64,000 bases of DNA from Ilumatobacteraceae bacterium (GCA_942492715.1 CALOFW010000024.1:587-64586), one strand, 5' to 3'; positions 17,001-26,739 are shown, counted from the stretch's first letter. Numbers and translations are program-made. The notes: generated by a model from the sequence alone, not told the origin.

Positions 17001-18668
17001 TCAGTCGCAGGTTGACGGATCGCCTGCCCACATTGATGCGACCAGTGCGTCGTCGGGTGGGAGTTCGAGGAGCCAGAAGACCTCGAGCACTTCGGTTGAC
17101 AGCTCGATGCTGTCCCATGCGGGTTCGATGCTGAATCCTTCGATGCCTTGCTGCGTGGCGAAATCGGTGAGTGCCTGGGTGGTTTCGGGCCCGACGATGC
17201 CATCGACGGCCAGGTTCGCGCCGTGGCGGTTGAGTGCCTTCTGGAGTTCGATGGCGAACGGTTCGTCAATGAAGTAGTAGGGAAGGTTGATCGACCAGTC
17301 GAACGCGCCGGAGACCGATCCGGACTGTTCGGTGATCTGGAAGCCCCACTGGGTGACATCGGGGATCATCGGCGACGAGTTGGGCAGCGAGCGGACTTGG
17401 CGGGCACTCGAGTCGATTCCGATGCCGTCGGCCGTGGTGAGCGACACCCGAGGTGGCGCAGTCGGTTCCAGGGTCCACGACGCGAAGTGCAAGGGTGCCG
17501 GTGGGAGTTCAGAGCTACCGGGCCAGTCGGTGAACAGGACGCGCAGGCCCGTTGAGCTCCAGGAGATCGCTCTGGTCTCCTCGACTGCGAGGACACACTC
17601 CGGCTCCGTCGAGGTCGTGTCGCTGTCGGGCGGGCCGAGCCATTCGACGAGCACAGCGAGTGCGGCCTCGGCTGGGGTTCCGAAGCCGATGGGGCCCAGA
17701 CCGCCGGCGCGGAGTATCTCGGTCGAGCCGGGTGAGTCGACGTGCGTGATCGCGGGTCGGGGCTGGAGGGTGGCGATGATGACGTCGTCTGGCGGGAGGC
17801 CGAGCTGCTGACCGATCTCGGGGGTGAGCCACAACTGCGGAGTGAACGGTTCGATGCCGTGTGCCGTCAGGAAGTCTTTCCAGACGGCCTGCGTACGGGG
17901 TCCCCATTCGCCATCGACGACGAGGTCGGCGCCGTCGTCGTTGAGCGCTTCCTGCACTGCTGCGACGTCAGACCCGTCCATGGCGGTCGTCGCAGGAACC
18001 CAATCCAATCGACCCCAGTACCCGCCTCCCGCACCGACGGTGACGTAGAAGCTGTCGAGCAGCCCTTCGTTGTAGGTGAACTCGACCGACGGCACAGCCG
18101 CTCGGAGTTCGCCAACGGTCATACCGGGATACAAACCGCCGTCGGTGACGAGGCGAGTATCGCCCGGCGCGACGGTTGCATGCCAGTCCCCGAAGTGCAG
18201 CGCCGTCTGCTCCTGTGGCCAGACATCACGAGTCGTGTCGACCAACGCGACCTCGAGGCCGTAGCCGTCCCAGACTGCCAGCCGCCCGCTGTCGACGATG
18301 CGTAGTTCTCGAAGGCACTCGAGCCAGTCCGCCCCTTCGACGCACTCGCCGCCTGGTCCGATCGGCTCGACACGATCAGGAGCACCAAGAACCTCAGTGA
18401 ACTCTGCGATCGTTTCCTCGGCCGGAGCGCCGAAGTCAACCGGACCCAGGCCGTTGGAGCGCAGCACGGCCAGCTCCATCGCCGGTGACTCAACCATCGT
18501 GTCGACCGTCGGGGCTGACGTCGTTTCCGGAGTGGCCGGTTCGGTCGTCGTCGACGTCGAAGGTGGAGTGGTCGGGTCGGCACCAGGCGGCGAAGATCCC
18601 CCGTCACCTCCACAACCGGCAGCCAGCAACAACACCACTGCCACAACAGGGACACCGTGGCCCCGCAT
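17001..18668 (-). CDS. lipoprotein with internal duplication; each half ends in a peptidoglycan-binding-like motif
   Basis: Lipobox VVLLLAAGC. Halves LRSNGLGPVDFGAPAEETIAEF.. and LRAGGLGPIGFGTPAEAALAVL... Motifs AVQEALNDDGADLVVDGEWGPRTQAVWKDF and ELQKALNRHGANLAVDGIVGPETTQALTDF. Confidence 0.75.
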   Translation of the reverse strand: MRGHGVPVVAVVLLLAAGCGGDGGSSPPGADPTTPPSTSTTTEPATPETTSAPTVDTMVESPAMELAVLRSNGLGPVDFGAPAEETIAEFTEVLGAPDRVEPIGPGGECVEGADWLECLRELRIVDSGRLAVWDGYGLEVALVDTTRDVWPQEQTALHFGDWHATVAPGDTRLVTDGGLYPGMTVGELRAAVPSVEFTYNEGLLDSFYVTVGAGGGYWGRLDWVPATTAMDGSDVAAVQEALNDDGADLVVDGEWGPRTQAVWKDFLTAHGIEPFTPQLWLTPEIGQQLGLPPDDVIIATLQPRPAITHVDSPGSTEILRAGGLGPIGFGTPAEAALAVLVEWLGPPDSDTTSTEPECVLAVEETRAISWSSTGLRVLFTDWPGSSELPPAPLHFASWTLEPTAPPRVSLTTADGIGIDSSARQVRSLPNSSPMIPDVTQWGFQITEQSGSVSGAFDWSINLPYYFIDEPFAIELQKALNRHGANLAVDGIVGPETTQALTDFATQQGIEGFSIEPAWDSIELSTEVLEVFWLLELPPDDALVASMWAGDPSTCD

Positions 18669-19106
18669 CCGTCACTCACCTCCGGCCTCACCGTCCACCT
18701 CGAGCCGCGCAACCACCAGAGGCCAACGACAGTTCGGCACGGCACACGACATCGGCGCCTACCGAGCACCCCAGATTCACTGGTCGCAACGTGTCTCGGT
18801 TGGGGGACCGCAATCGGACACTCTCACGTACGGATCGGGGAGCTCGCGTGGCCCCACCCGGGAAGTCTCACTTGCGTGGTCGAATCGATTCTCAACGACG
18901 GCCCACCATTCGTCACACCAACACTGTTGCGGTGATGCCGTGCCCTCGCCACTCCGATCGTCGCCTCGCGCCCGGAGGCGTCGCGTCATCCTGCAGTCGT
19001 CGATGTCCCAGCCGGAGTGGACGATCGCGGACCAAACCGTGCCCAGAAGATGGAGGTCTGTCCGACCCTCTTCCCGTCGCCGTTCAGCTCCGACCAGAAA
19101 GCGTGG

Positions 19107-20045
19107 TCAGCCGGATTCGCCGTACGACAGCAAGGCAACGATGTTGCCGTTCCGATCGCGGAGGAACACGGTGTCGCCGCTGTTGTTCCACACGGCGCTA
19201 CCCGACACGCACCAGTAGCGGGCGGTCTCGTCGCCCGGACCACAGCCGCTGAACAGGGTGACCTCGGCGCCAGGTTCCAGCCGCAGGTCCGTGAACGTGT
19301 AGCGGTGCGACGCCGATTCGTCGGCGACCTCCCAACCGTCGAGATCGATCACCTCGGCGCCGGCGTTGCTGAACCGGACCCACTCACCGTTCAGGTTCAC
19401 CCCGTCGTCGCCGGGCGCATCAGCGTTGACGTCGATGACGATCTCCACGCCATCGAGATCGCTCGCGCCACACGCATCCGGCGACCAGAGGCCGCGACCC
19501 TCTCGCTGCGCAGTCCGCTGCAGCTCGGCGTAGGTGTCGGCGCGGGCATCGTCGGGCGGATAACGCCGCGCGATCGCGAACCCGTTCGCGACGAGCTCGG
19601 CACCGACATCGACACCATCGGCCGTCTCGACGTAGCGCAACGCGCGTCCGAACTGATCGACGTCGGACCGGTCGACCACGAGCACCAGGTCGTTCCCGGT
19701 CACCAACTCGGCGAGGGCATCGGTCGCCTCGTCGCTGAAGCACTCGCCCGACTCGGGCGTGTTGACGCCGATGATCCGAACCTCCAGCTCCCCAGTCGGA
19801 CCCGACACGTACAGCGTGTCGCCGTCGACGATCTCGGTGCTCCGCCAGGCGTCCGTCCCCTCGGTTGCGCTCGCCGGTGGAGGGTTCGAGGTGCGGGTCT
19901 CGACCGAGGATCCGCCGGCGGCTCCGTCCGAGCTCGCCGAGGTGCAACCTGCCAGCAGGGCCGCGGCGACCAGTCCGACCAGTGCGGCGCGGCGCCGTTC
20001 GTGTCGTCGCAACCCGATCGCACCCGGCCGCTGGAGTCGTGGCAT
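19107..20045 (-). CDS. secreted lipoprotein: thermonuclease (SNase) domain plus C-terminal lamin-tail-like domain
   Basis: Lipobox AALLAGC. SNase motifs IVDGDTLYV..VRIIGVNTPE..GRALRYV. LTD-like NGEWVRFSNAGAEVIDLDGWEVADES..LEPGAEVTLFSG. Confidence 0.8.
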   Translation of the reverse strand: MPRLQRPGAIGLRRHERRRAALVGLVAAALLAGCTSASSDGAAGGSSVETRTSNPPPASATEGTDAWRSTEIVDGDTLYVSGPTGELEVRIIGVNTPESGECFSDEATDALAELVTGNDLVLVVDRSDVDQFGRALRYVETADGVDVGAELVANGFAIARRYPPDDARADTYAELQRTAQREGRGLWSPDACGASDLDGVEIVIDVNADAPGDDGVNLNGEWVRFSNAGAEVIDLDGWEVADESASHRYTFTDLRLEPGAEVTLFSGCGPGDETARYWCVSGSAVWNNSGDTVFLRDRNGNIVALLSYGESG

Positions 20046-20504
20046 CGCCGACACCTTCGCACCGGTCGAGTTCGAGTCACAACACACCGGGACGGAGACT
20101 CCCCCGGGCCAATGCTGGCCCGCCAACTGTGACACACCCCTTGTTCATACTGATCATGTGGACACCGACACGATCACCGAACCGTCCGGCACCTGCCGCT
20201 GCGCCGTCGAGGTCACTGAGAAGAAGCAGCGCTCGCCTCCCTCGGGTTCCGGCATCCGGACGAGCTCGGCTCCTGTCGACCACCCTGCAGAGGGTGATGG
20301 GGTTCGACGAGCGCTGGCCCGTCTCGATCGACGTGTTCGGCGCCGACTCGCCGTGCGAGGCCTGCTTCTGGGAGGCGTGAATGAATGCACCGGGCTCGGT
20401 CGACAGGCACAGCGCACTCGACCGCACCGGTTCCCCACGTGTCCGCGAGCTGCTCGCGTCACGGACGGTCGCGACGAGCTGACGCGTCCGCCAGTGATCT
20501 CGGC

Positions 20505-20945
20505 TCAGGGTTCCGGTTCGTCCGTTGCGCCCAGCTCGGGCGTGACCTCGTCGGCGGGTACGGTGCCGAACTGCTGGACGAGCTCACGGCTGATCTCGAT
20601 GTGTCGAAGCAGGAAGGCACTCTCAGCGAGCCGCTTCCGGCGGAGCCAGCCGGTGACTTCGTCGTTGCACTTGCTCGCATTGCACGAGCCACACGCAGGC
20701 ACCACGTTCTCGAGCGTGTATCGACCGCCGCGCGACAGCGGCAGCACACAGTCGCGTTGCATCGGCGACCCCGACTCGCCGCAGTAGGCGCAGCCACCCC
20801 ACGCGCCCTTCAGAGCTGCCCACTGATCGTCGGAGAGATCGTTCTCGGCGCGTTTCATGCGCCGCTGACGCCTCGTTGCGGCTCGCTTCCGGCGAGTCCG
20901 GTTGGCGGCCATCGTCCAAGGGTAAGTCCTGACATCCTCGGGCAT
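20505..20945 (-). CDS. HNH endonuclease
   Basis: CAYCGES..QRDCVLPLSRGGRYTLENVVPACGSCNASK. The start may be the internal MAANRTRRK (20912). Confidence 0.75.
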   Translation of the reverse strand: MPEDVRTYPWTMAANRTRRKRAATRRQRRMKRAENDLSDDQWAALKGAWGGCAYCGESGSPMQRDCVLPLSRGGRYTLENVVPACGSCNASKCNDEVTGWLRRKRLAESAFLLRHIEISRELVQQFGTVPADEVTPELGATDEPEP

Positions 20946-21061
20946 CGGGCATCTGCAGTCGAACCCGGCATTCGCGGGCGATCCGCCCCTCGTCGAAACG
21001 TCGGCGAGTCGCTTCGGGAACGATCGCTACGTTCTGGGCATGATGATGACGGTGATGGCCC

Positions 21062-21502
21062 GTGTCCGGGCGACTCCCAACCGAGCGCGACACGAGGCGT
21101 CGGGAACTCGGTCAGAACTTTCTCGTTGATCGACACGTCATCGAACGGTTCATTCGTTCGCTCGACCTGCGCGCCGGCGAACTCGTCGTCGATCTCGGCG
21201 CCGGCACGGGTTCTCTGACGCTTCCGCTGCTCGCCGCCGGCGTCGATGTCTGGGCGGTGGAGCGCGATCCCGTCTGGTCGACGCGCCTGCGGCAGAGCAT
21301 CGAGACTCGCGGCGCACACGGCAATTCCCGCGTCATCGACGCAGACCTCCGTCGGCTGCTGCAGCTTCATCGAGCGGCTTCGTCGGGCTGCTCGATTGCG
21401 GGCCGATCGAGGGTCAGGTCTCGACCGTCGCACCGAACAAGTAGCCGTCCAGAACCTGTTGGAGTTCGGAGGAGGCCTGGTCGTCGCTTTCGCCGAGAGT
21501 GA
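21062..21502 (+). pseudogene. 5' remnant of an Erm/KsgA-family rRNA adenine N6-methyltransferase
   Basis: LGQNFLVDRHVIERFIRSLDLRAGELVVDLGAGTGSLTLPLL..VWAVERDP..RVIDADLRRL. Family similarity then stops. The rest of the ORF is Arg/Ser-rich and overlaps the 3' end of the convergent acyl-CoA synthetase. Confidence 0.6.
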
Positions 21503-23267
21503 CCCGCACCGTCATACCTCGCGGGCCGCCGGCGGTCACCTCGACGTCGCCCTGCAACCCCCGCTCGTCGAGGAGTTCCTGCACGACCTGCTCGACCGCG
21601 TCTTGACGCAGGATCGGCTTGAAGATCTTGCCGACGGCGGTCATCGGAACGGCATCGACGATGCGAATGTGTTTGGGCCATGCCGGCCGTTCGCTGATCT
21701 CGGCTTCCGCGAACTCGCGGAGTTCGTCCTCGGTGACGCTGGAGTCGGGGAGGAGCTCGACGTAACAGACCGGCAGTTCTCCGGCGTACGAATCGGGCAT
21801 TCCGACTGCTGCGGCGAGGGCAACGGCCGGGTGACGCTGAAGGGTGTTCTCGATCATCAGGGGGTCGATGTTGTGACCGCTGCGGATGATGAGGTCCTTC
21901 GACCGGCCCGCGATGTAGATCCTGCCGTCGTCGTCGGTGAACGCGAGGTCCCCGCTGTTGAGCTCCCCGTCGACGAACGTCCCGACGTTCTGCTCGGGGT
22001 CGAGATAGCCGGGCGACACCGTCGGTCCCGCGACCGTCAGCACGCCGACCTCTCCCGCGTCGCACTCCTCGCCGAGCGACCCGTCGTCGGTGAGCCGACG
22101 AACCGTGACCGTCGTGTAAGGGAGGCGGAGTCCGACCGAACCTGCGCCGCCGTCGCCTTCGAACGGATTGCAGGCGATGAGTCCCGATGCCTCGGTCATC
22201 CCGTAGATCTCGTTGAGCTTCTTACCCGTGACCGCCTCGAACTTCTCGCGCACGGCAACGGGAAGCGACGAGGCGCCCGTCAAGCCGCCCCGGACCGAAC
22301 TGATGTCGGCACCGTCGAGCGGTACTTCGGCAATCGCACCGATCGACGTCGGAACCCCGCCGGCAAGCGTGACGCCGTGGCGCTCGCAGATGCGCCAGAA
22401 ATTCGAGACCATCGCCGGGTTCCTGAGTCCCGACGGAGACATCAGCACGACTTCGGACCCGCTCAGGAACGTGCTGATGCCGAGCAGGATCGTGCCCGCG
22501 ACATGGAACATCGGCAAGGTGCCGGTCACGACGTCGTCGGGCCCGAGGTTCATCAGAGCAGCACACCCGAAGGCTGCAGCCAGCTGGCCCTCGTGGCTGT
22601 GCGCAGCGAGCTTCGGGACGCCCGTCGTCCCGCCGGTGTGGAAGTAGGCGGCGACATCGTCGCCGCTCCGAGGGGCAGCGAAGGACAGCCGGTCCGGCGG
22701 ATGATCACCCACGGCATCGACGAGATCGACGACCCCAGCGACCGGAGGGGTCCCTGGAGGAGCCACCCGCACCAACTCGAGATCGGGCATCTGGCGCTTC
22801 AACTCGAGCGACTTCTCCCAGATGTCGAGCTGCGGATGCGGTCCGAACGTGACGAGCACGTTCGCACCCGACGCTTCCAGGAGATGACCGATGTGCTCGG
22901 GCTTCAGCAGGAAGTTGATCGGTACCGCGTAGCCGGCGGTTTCGGCCGCCCACAACACGGCATGGGTCTCGATGAGCGTCGGGAGCATGAAGGCCACCCC
23001 CGGTCGCGCGCCGCCGAGGTCGGAGAACATGTTCGCGGTTCGAGTGACCAGCCCCAGCAACTCCGCGTACGTCACACTCCGGGCCTGCTCGTCGTCATCC
23101 CCCGTCATCACCATCGTCAGCGCCGTGCGATCGCCGTGCACATCTGCGGCTCGCACGAAGACGTCGTACACGCTGTTGCCCGGCAAGCGGTCTCCGAGTG
23201 GCATCTCCGACTCGAACCGCTCGACGTCGGACAACGTCCTCAACGGACTCTCGAGCCAACTCGTCAT
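21414..23267 (-). CDS. AMP-forming acyl-CoA synthetase/ligase
   Basis: AMP-binding motif AAYFHTGGTTGVPKLAAHSH. EIYGMTEA. GDLAFTDDDGRIYIAGRSKDLIIRSGHNI. GKIFK. Confidence 0.9.
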   Translation of the reverse strand: MTSWLESPLRTLSDVERFESEMPLGDRLPGNSVYDVFVRAADVHGDRTALTMVMTGDDDEQARSVTYAELLGLVTRTANMFSDLGGARPGVAFMLPTLIETHAVLWAAETAGYAVPINFLLKPEHIGHLLEASGANVLVTFGPHPQLDIWEKSLELKRQMPDLELVRVAPPGTPPVAGVVDLVDAVGDHPPDRLSFAAPRSGDDVAAYFHTGGTTGVPKLAAHSHEGQLAAAFGCAALMNLGPDDVVTGTLPMFHVAGTILLGISTFLSGSEVVLMSPSGLRNPAMVSNFWRICERHGVTLAGGVPTSIGAIAEVPLDGADISSVRGGLTGASSLPVAVREKFEAVTGKKLNEIYGMTEASGLIACNPFEGDGGAGSVGLRLPYTTVTVRRLTDDGSLGEECDAGEVGVLTVAGPTVSPGYLDPEQNVGTFVDGELNSGDLAFTDDDGRIYIAGRSKDLIIRSGHNIDPLMIENTLQRHPAVALAAAVGMPDSYAGELPVCYVELLPDSSVTEDELREFAEAEISERPAWPKHIRIVDAVPMTAVGKIFKPILRQDAVEQVVQELLDERGLQGDVEVTAGGPRGMTVRVTLGESDDQASSELQQVLDGYLFGATVET

Positions 23268-23455
23268 CGTCGATCCCCCGATCGCATCGGCCCACTGTGG
23301 CCCCGTTGCTGTCAGTCGCGCACCATAGTGGGTTCGAGGAAGTGTCGTGACCCGAGACTCCGCTCGTCGGCCGAGGGCCGGACGGCCCTGCGACGGCCGT
23401 TGGGTGTCGGTACGGTCGTGGTGAGACAGCATCGAGCCACAACGAGGAGACCGCC

Positions 23456-24925
23456 ATGTCGTCAGATCCGATACCGGCCGGATACAACACACCGGTCCCG
23501 TCGAAGATCCTCACCCCCGACCGTGTCGACTCACGCCTGGGGGCCCTCGAGTTCACCGACGGCATACCGACCGCCGAGACGGCCGATCGGCTGTTCGACA
23601 ACCTCGACCACATGCGCGCGGTCGAGGTGTTCCTCAACTGCATTCCCGCGGCCTCGATGGAGGCGATGCGCCTCGGCTACGCCGGCGTCGGCGCGGATGC
23701 CTGCCACAAGATGCTGATCATGGACGGGCTGTTGAACTCCGATGCGTTCTTCCTGACCGGCAACACCGACACGGTGTACTGCGGCGGTTTCCTCGACCTC
23801 GAGCAGGACGGGCCCACGGTGGTGGAGATCCCGCCAGGATGCGGGCCGGGCACGGTCAACGATGCGTGGTTCCGGTTCGTGATCGACATGGGCGGCCCCG
23901 GTCCCGACCGCGGCCAGGGCGGCAAGTACCTGATCCTGCCGCCCGGCTACGACGGCGACGTCCCCGACGGCTACTTCGTTGCCACGTCGTCCTCGTACAG
24001 CAACTGGATCATCCTGCGCGGGTTCCTCGTCGACGGCAAGCCCGACGCATCGACGAAGATGTTCGAGGACGGGTTGAAGATCTATCCACTCTCCCGAGCG
24101 GCCAACCCGCCGGCGATGGAGTTCCTGTCGGAGATCGGAGACCTGTTCAACACGGTCCACGCCAACGACGTGCAGTTCTACGACGAGCTCGCCCCGGTGA
24201 TCCAACGCGAACCGATCGAGATGATCGACGTGGAGACACGCGGGCTGCTCGCCTCGATCGGCATCCACAAGGACCGTCCGTTCGCGCCCGACGAGCGGAT
24301 GCGGAGCATCCTCGTCGACGCCGCCGCGGTCGCCAATGCAACCGCCCGTGCCATCGCGTTCCGTTGGCGCACCGATGAAGCACGGATCTACGACGACCGC
24401 AAGTGGCACACCTACTTCGTCGGCGGCGACTACCAGTGGCTCCGCGACGAAGGTCGTGGAGGTCGCTACCTCGATGCACGGACGTTCTTCTTCTACGTGG
24501 CGACGGTCAACACGCCGGCCATGGCGCTCGAGATCGTCGGTGCCGGATCGCAGTACGCGGGCGTCGATGTCGACGCCGACGGCAACTTCTTCGACGGGTC
24601 GAAGCACTACCGGTTGCGCCTACCCGCCGACGTGCCCGCCAGGAACTTCTGGTCGATCTGTGTGTACGACCCCCAGACGCGGTCGGAACTCCAGACCGGC
24701 CAACCGTTTCCGAGCCTCAACGATCTCCGTGGCTCCCTGCAGACCAACGGCGACGGTTCGGTCGACATCCTGTTCGGTCCCGAGGAGCCAGCCGAGCTGG
24801 CCACGAACTGGATCCAGACAGTGCCGGGCAAGGGCTGGTTCGCGGCGCTGCGCCTCTACGGCCCGCTCGACGCCTGGTTCGACCAGACCTGGCGTCCCGG
24901 CGACATCGAACTCGTCGACGACTGA
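23456..24925 (+). CDS. DUF1254/DUF1214 domain protein
   Basis: FLTGNTDTVYCGGFLDL..GKYLILPPGYDG (DUF1254-like). WSICVYD..NWIQTVPGKGWFAALRLYGP (DUF1214-like). Confidence 0.8.
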   Translation: MSSDPIPAGYNTPVPSKILTPDRVDSRLGALEFTDGIPTAETADRLFDNLDHMRAVEVFLNCIPAASMEAMRLGYAGVGADACHKMLIMDGLLNSDAFFLTGNTDTVYCGGFLDLEQDGPTVVEIPPGCGPGTVNDAWFRFVIDMGGPGPDRGQGGKYLILPPGYDGDVPDGYFVATSSSYSNWIILRGFLVDGKPDASTKMFEDGLKIYPLSRAANPPAMEFLSEIGDLFNTVHANDVQFYDELAPVIQREPIEMIDVETRGLLASIGIHKDRPFAPDERMRSILVDAAAVANATARAIAFRWRTDEARIYDDRKWHTYFVGGDYQWLRDEGRGGRYLDARTFFFYVATVNTPAMALEIVGAGSQYAGVDVDADGNFFDGSKHYRLRLPADVPARNFWSICVYDPQTRSELQTGQPFPSLNDLRGSLQTNGDGSVDILFGPEEPAELATNWIQTVPGKGWFAALRLYGPLDAWFDQTWRPGDIELVDD

Positions 24926-25137
24926 TCTCTTCGGACTCGACCGGAAGTTCGCAAGGACATGGGATCGCCACCCTGCGACCAACCCTGCGACACGGCTGTG
25001 CGCACACTGGCGCGACACCGACTCCCTCCTCAGCCCGGCCATGCGAGCCCTCACGAGGAGCGATCATGCACCACGGCGTTCGCCGCCGGCACGACTGCCG
25101 GATCCACCCAGTGCCAGCTCCTGGTGGTGGCTGCCAA

Positions 25138-25146
25138 TGCTAGCAT
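25138..25146 (+). promoter_or_regulatory. extended -10 (TGCTAGCAT) 8 nt upstream of the antitoxin ATG (leaderless arrangement)
   Basis: AATGCTAGCATCTGATGCCATG: no SD before ATG 25155. Confidence 0.4.
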
Positions 25147-25154
25147 CTGATGCC

Positions 25155-25361
25155 ATGACGACTCGGACGACGTTCACGATGGACGAGTCGCTCGCCGAGC
25201 AGGCACGACGCCTCGGCGTCAACGTCTCCGCCGCTGCGCGCGATGGCGTCGCCGCCGCCGTCCTGGCCGCCCAACTCGAACAGGACCGAGCCGCCTACCT
25301 CGCGAAGCCCGAACGCATCGACGAGTTCTGGACCGGCGTCGAGGCCTGGGGCGACGAGTGA
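25155..25361 (+). CDS. type II antitoxin, ribbon-helix-helix/MazE-like
   Basis: MTTRTTFTMDESLAEQARRLGVNVSAAARDGVAAAVLAAQL. GTGA overlap with the toxin. Confidence 0.7.
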   Translation: MTTRTTFTMDESLAEQARRLGVNVSAAARDGVAAAVLAAQLEQDRAAYLAKPERIDEFWTGVEAWGDE

Positions 25362-25666
25362 ACCGCGGCGACGTCTGGCTCGCCGAGGTCGGACGCAAGC
25401 GCCGTCCCGTGGTGGTCATCACTCGCACCGAAGTGCTCGACGTCCGCTCGCTCGTCACCGTCGCCGAGATCTCCACCTCGAGCCGAGGGCTCGCCGCCGA
25501 GGTCGCGATCGATCACGTCGCGGCCGGCCTCGACCGGGACTGCGTCGTCAACGCCGACGGGCTCCACACCGTCGCCCAGTCGACACTCACCACCCGGGTC
25601 GGCCAGCTCGACGACCCCACGCTCTCGCGTGTGTGCGCTGCGGTGAAGTACGCGCTCGGCTGCTGA
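25358..25666 (+). CDS. mazF: type II toxin, PemK/MazF family
   Basis: VNRGDVWLAEVGRKRRPVVVITRTEVL..VAEISTSSRGLAAEV. Confidence 0.85.
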   Translation: MNRGDVWLAEVGRKRRPVVVITRTEVLDVRSLVTVAEISTSSRGLAAEVAIDHVAAGLDRDCVVNADGLHTVAQSTLTTRVGQLDDPTLSRVCAAVKYALGC

Positions 25667-25689
25667 GCGCACAGCGGACGCATCACCAC

Positions 25690-25739
25690 ATTTGCGTTGC
25701 GTTCCGGGTGAGCCGCCCCACCCGAATCCTCACGCAAAC
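25690..25739 (+). repeat. 50-nt palindromic intergenic element, copy A
   Basis: ATTTGCGTTGCGTTCCGGGTGAGCCGCCCCACCCGAATCCTCACGCAAAC. Lies between convergent stops 25666 and 25755. Confidence 0.65.
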
Positions 25740-25754
25740 GTGGAGGGGCGGGGG

Positions 25755-26739
25755 TCACGTCGGGCAGGTGACGACGGCGGTTCCCTCGGCTTCCTCACTC
25801 AGGTCGGGATCACTGTCGGATGTGTGCTCGAAGGTGCCCGTGTACGTCACGGTGGAGCCGTCGAACGAGAGCCCGTCGGCGCTGCCGCTCGCCGTCGAGA
25901 TCACACTGGACCATCGGTCGTCACCATCGATCACGTACACGCCGCCGATGACACCGTCGCCGTCGGGTCGCACGTCGAACTGCAGCTGGCGATTCTCGGT
26001 GGCGAGGTAGTTGATCGTGATGTCGATCGAGTCGGGCGCAGCCACCTGGCAGGTCGTGCTGTCGGCCGCGAACAGCGGGAACGTGAACGCCTCGCCCGCG
26101 ACCTCGAAGCTGGCCGGTTCGATGCCGCAGTTGACCGCGACGGTGACCTCCACCGTCGGAGTGTCCATCTCGCCTTCCGACATCGCGATCCGGTCCTGGC
26201 GCACGCCTGTGCCCACGTAGCTGAGCGTGTTGGCGTCGTTGTCGATACCGAGCTCGCCATCGAACGGCTGGGCGCTGTACTGGATCCAGCTGTCGGCGTC
26301 GCCCTCGTCGGAGTCGGCGGTGAACCGGCCGATCCAGCCGTCGTCGACCCGGTCGGCGTTGAGGGTCATCGAGCCGAACTCGCTGGTGACCGCGAGCGCG
26401 ATCACGTCGTCGGAGAAGGTGCAGTTGAACGAGCCGCCGGCTTCGTTGGCGGTGTGGTCGATCGTGCGCCCGTCGACCGTGACCACGGCGTGGCCCGGTT
26501 CGGCCGACACGGTGACCGGTCCTGCAGCGAGCGCTCCGGGGACGGCCTCCATGCCACCCGAGTCGTCACCCGTGGCGTCGTCACCGCCGGTCGCGTCGCC
26601 GACTGCGGCGTCGTCCGTCGACCTGGTCGAACGGCGAACCGTCACCGACGTCGAGTCCGCCGCCACCACATCCGGCCTGCAGTGCGGCCGAGCCCACGAT
26701 GGCGAGTACCGCCCATGTGCCTGCGCGAGTGCGTTGCAT
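25755..26739 (-). pseudogene. lipoprotein; signal peptide and mature part are in different frames
   Basis: MQRTRAGTWAVLAIVGSAALQAGCGGGG (ATG 26739, lipobox) ends at a TGA at 26581. The body STDDAAVGDATGGDDATGDDSGGMEAV..VVTCPT is in another frame. The shift lies between about 26590 and 26640. Confidence 0.55.

Noticed and set aside
18826-18880. Sequence GCGTGGCCCCACCCGGGAAGTCTCACTTGCGTGG, resembling the right half of the 50-nt element.
   Set aside because: Only the CCCCACCCGG core matches. The GTTTGCG/CGCAAAC ends and the left arm are absent. It could be a decayed copy, but chance resemblance in GC-rich DNA cannot be excluded.
20297-20380. Short ORF MGFDERWPVSIDVFGADSPCEACFWEA (CxxC, thioredoxin/glutaredoxin-like start) in the spacer between the nuclease and HNH genes.
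   Set aside because: It is only 27 codons and stops right after the CxxC. Upstream protein-like fragments are in other frames. It is probably a gene remnant and too weak to call.
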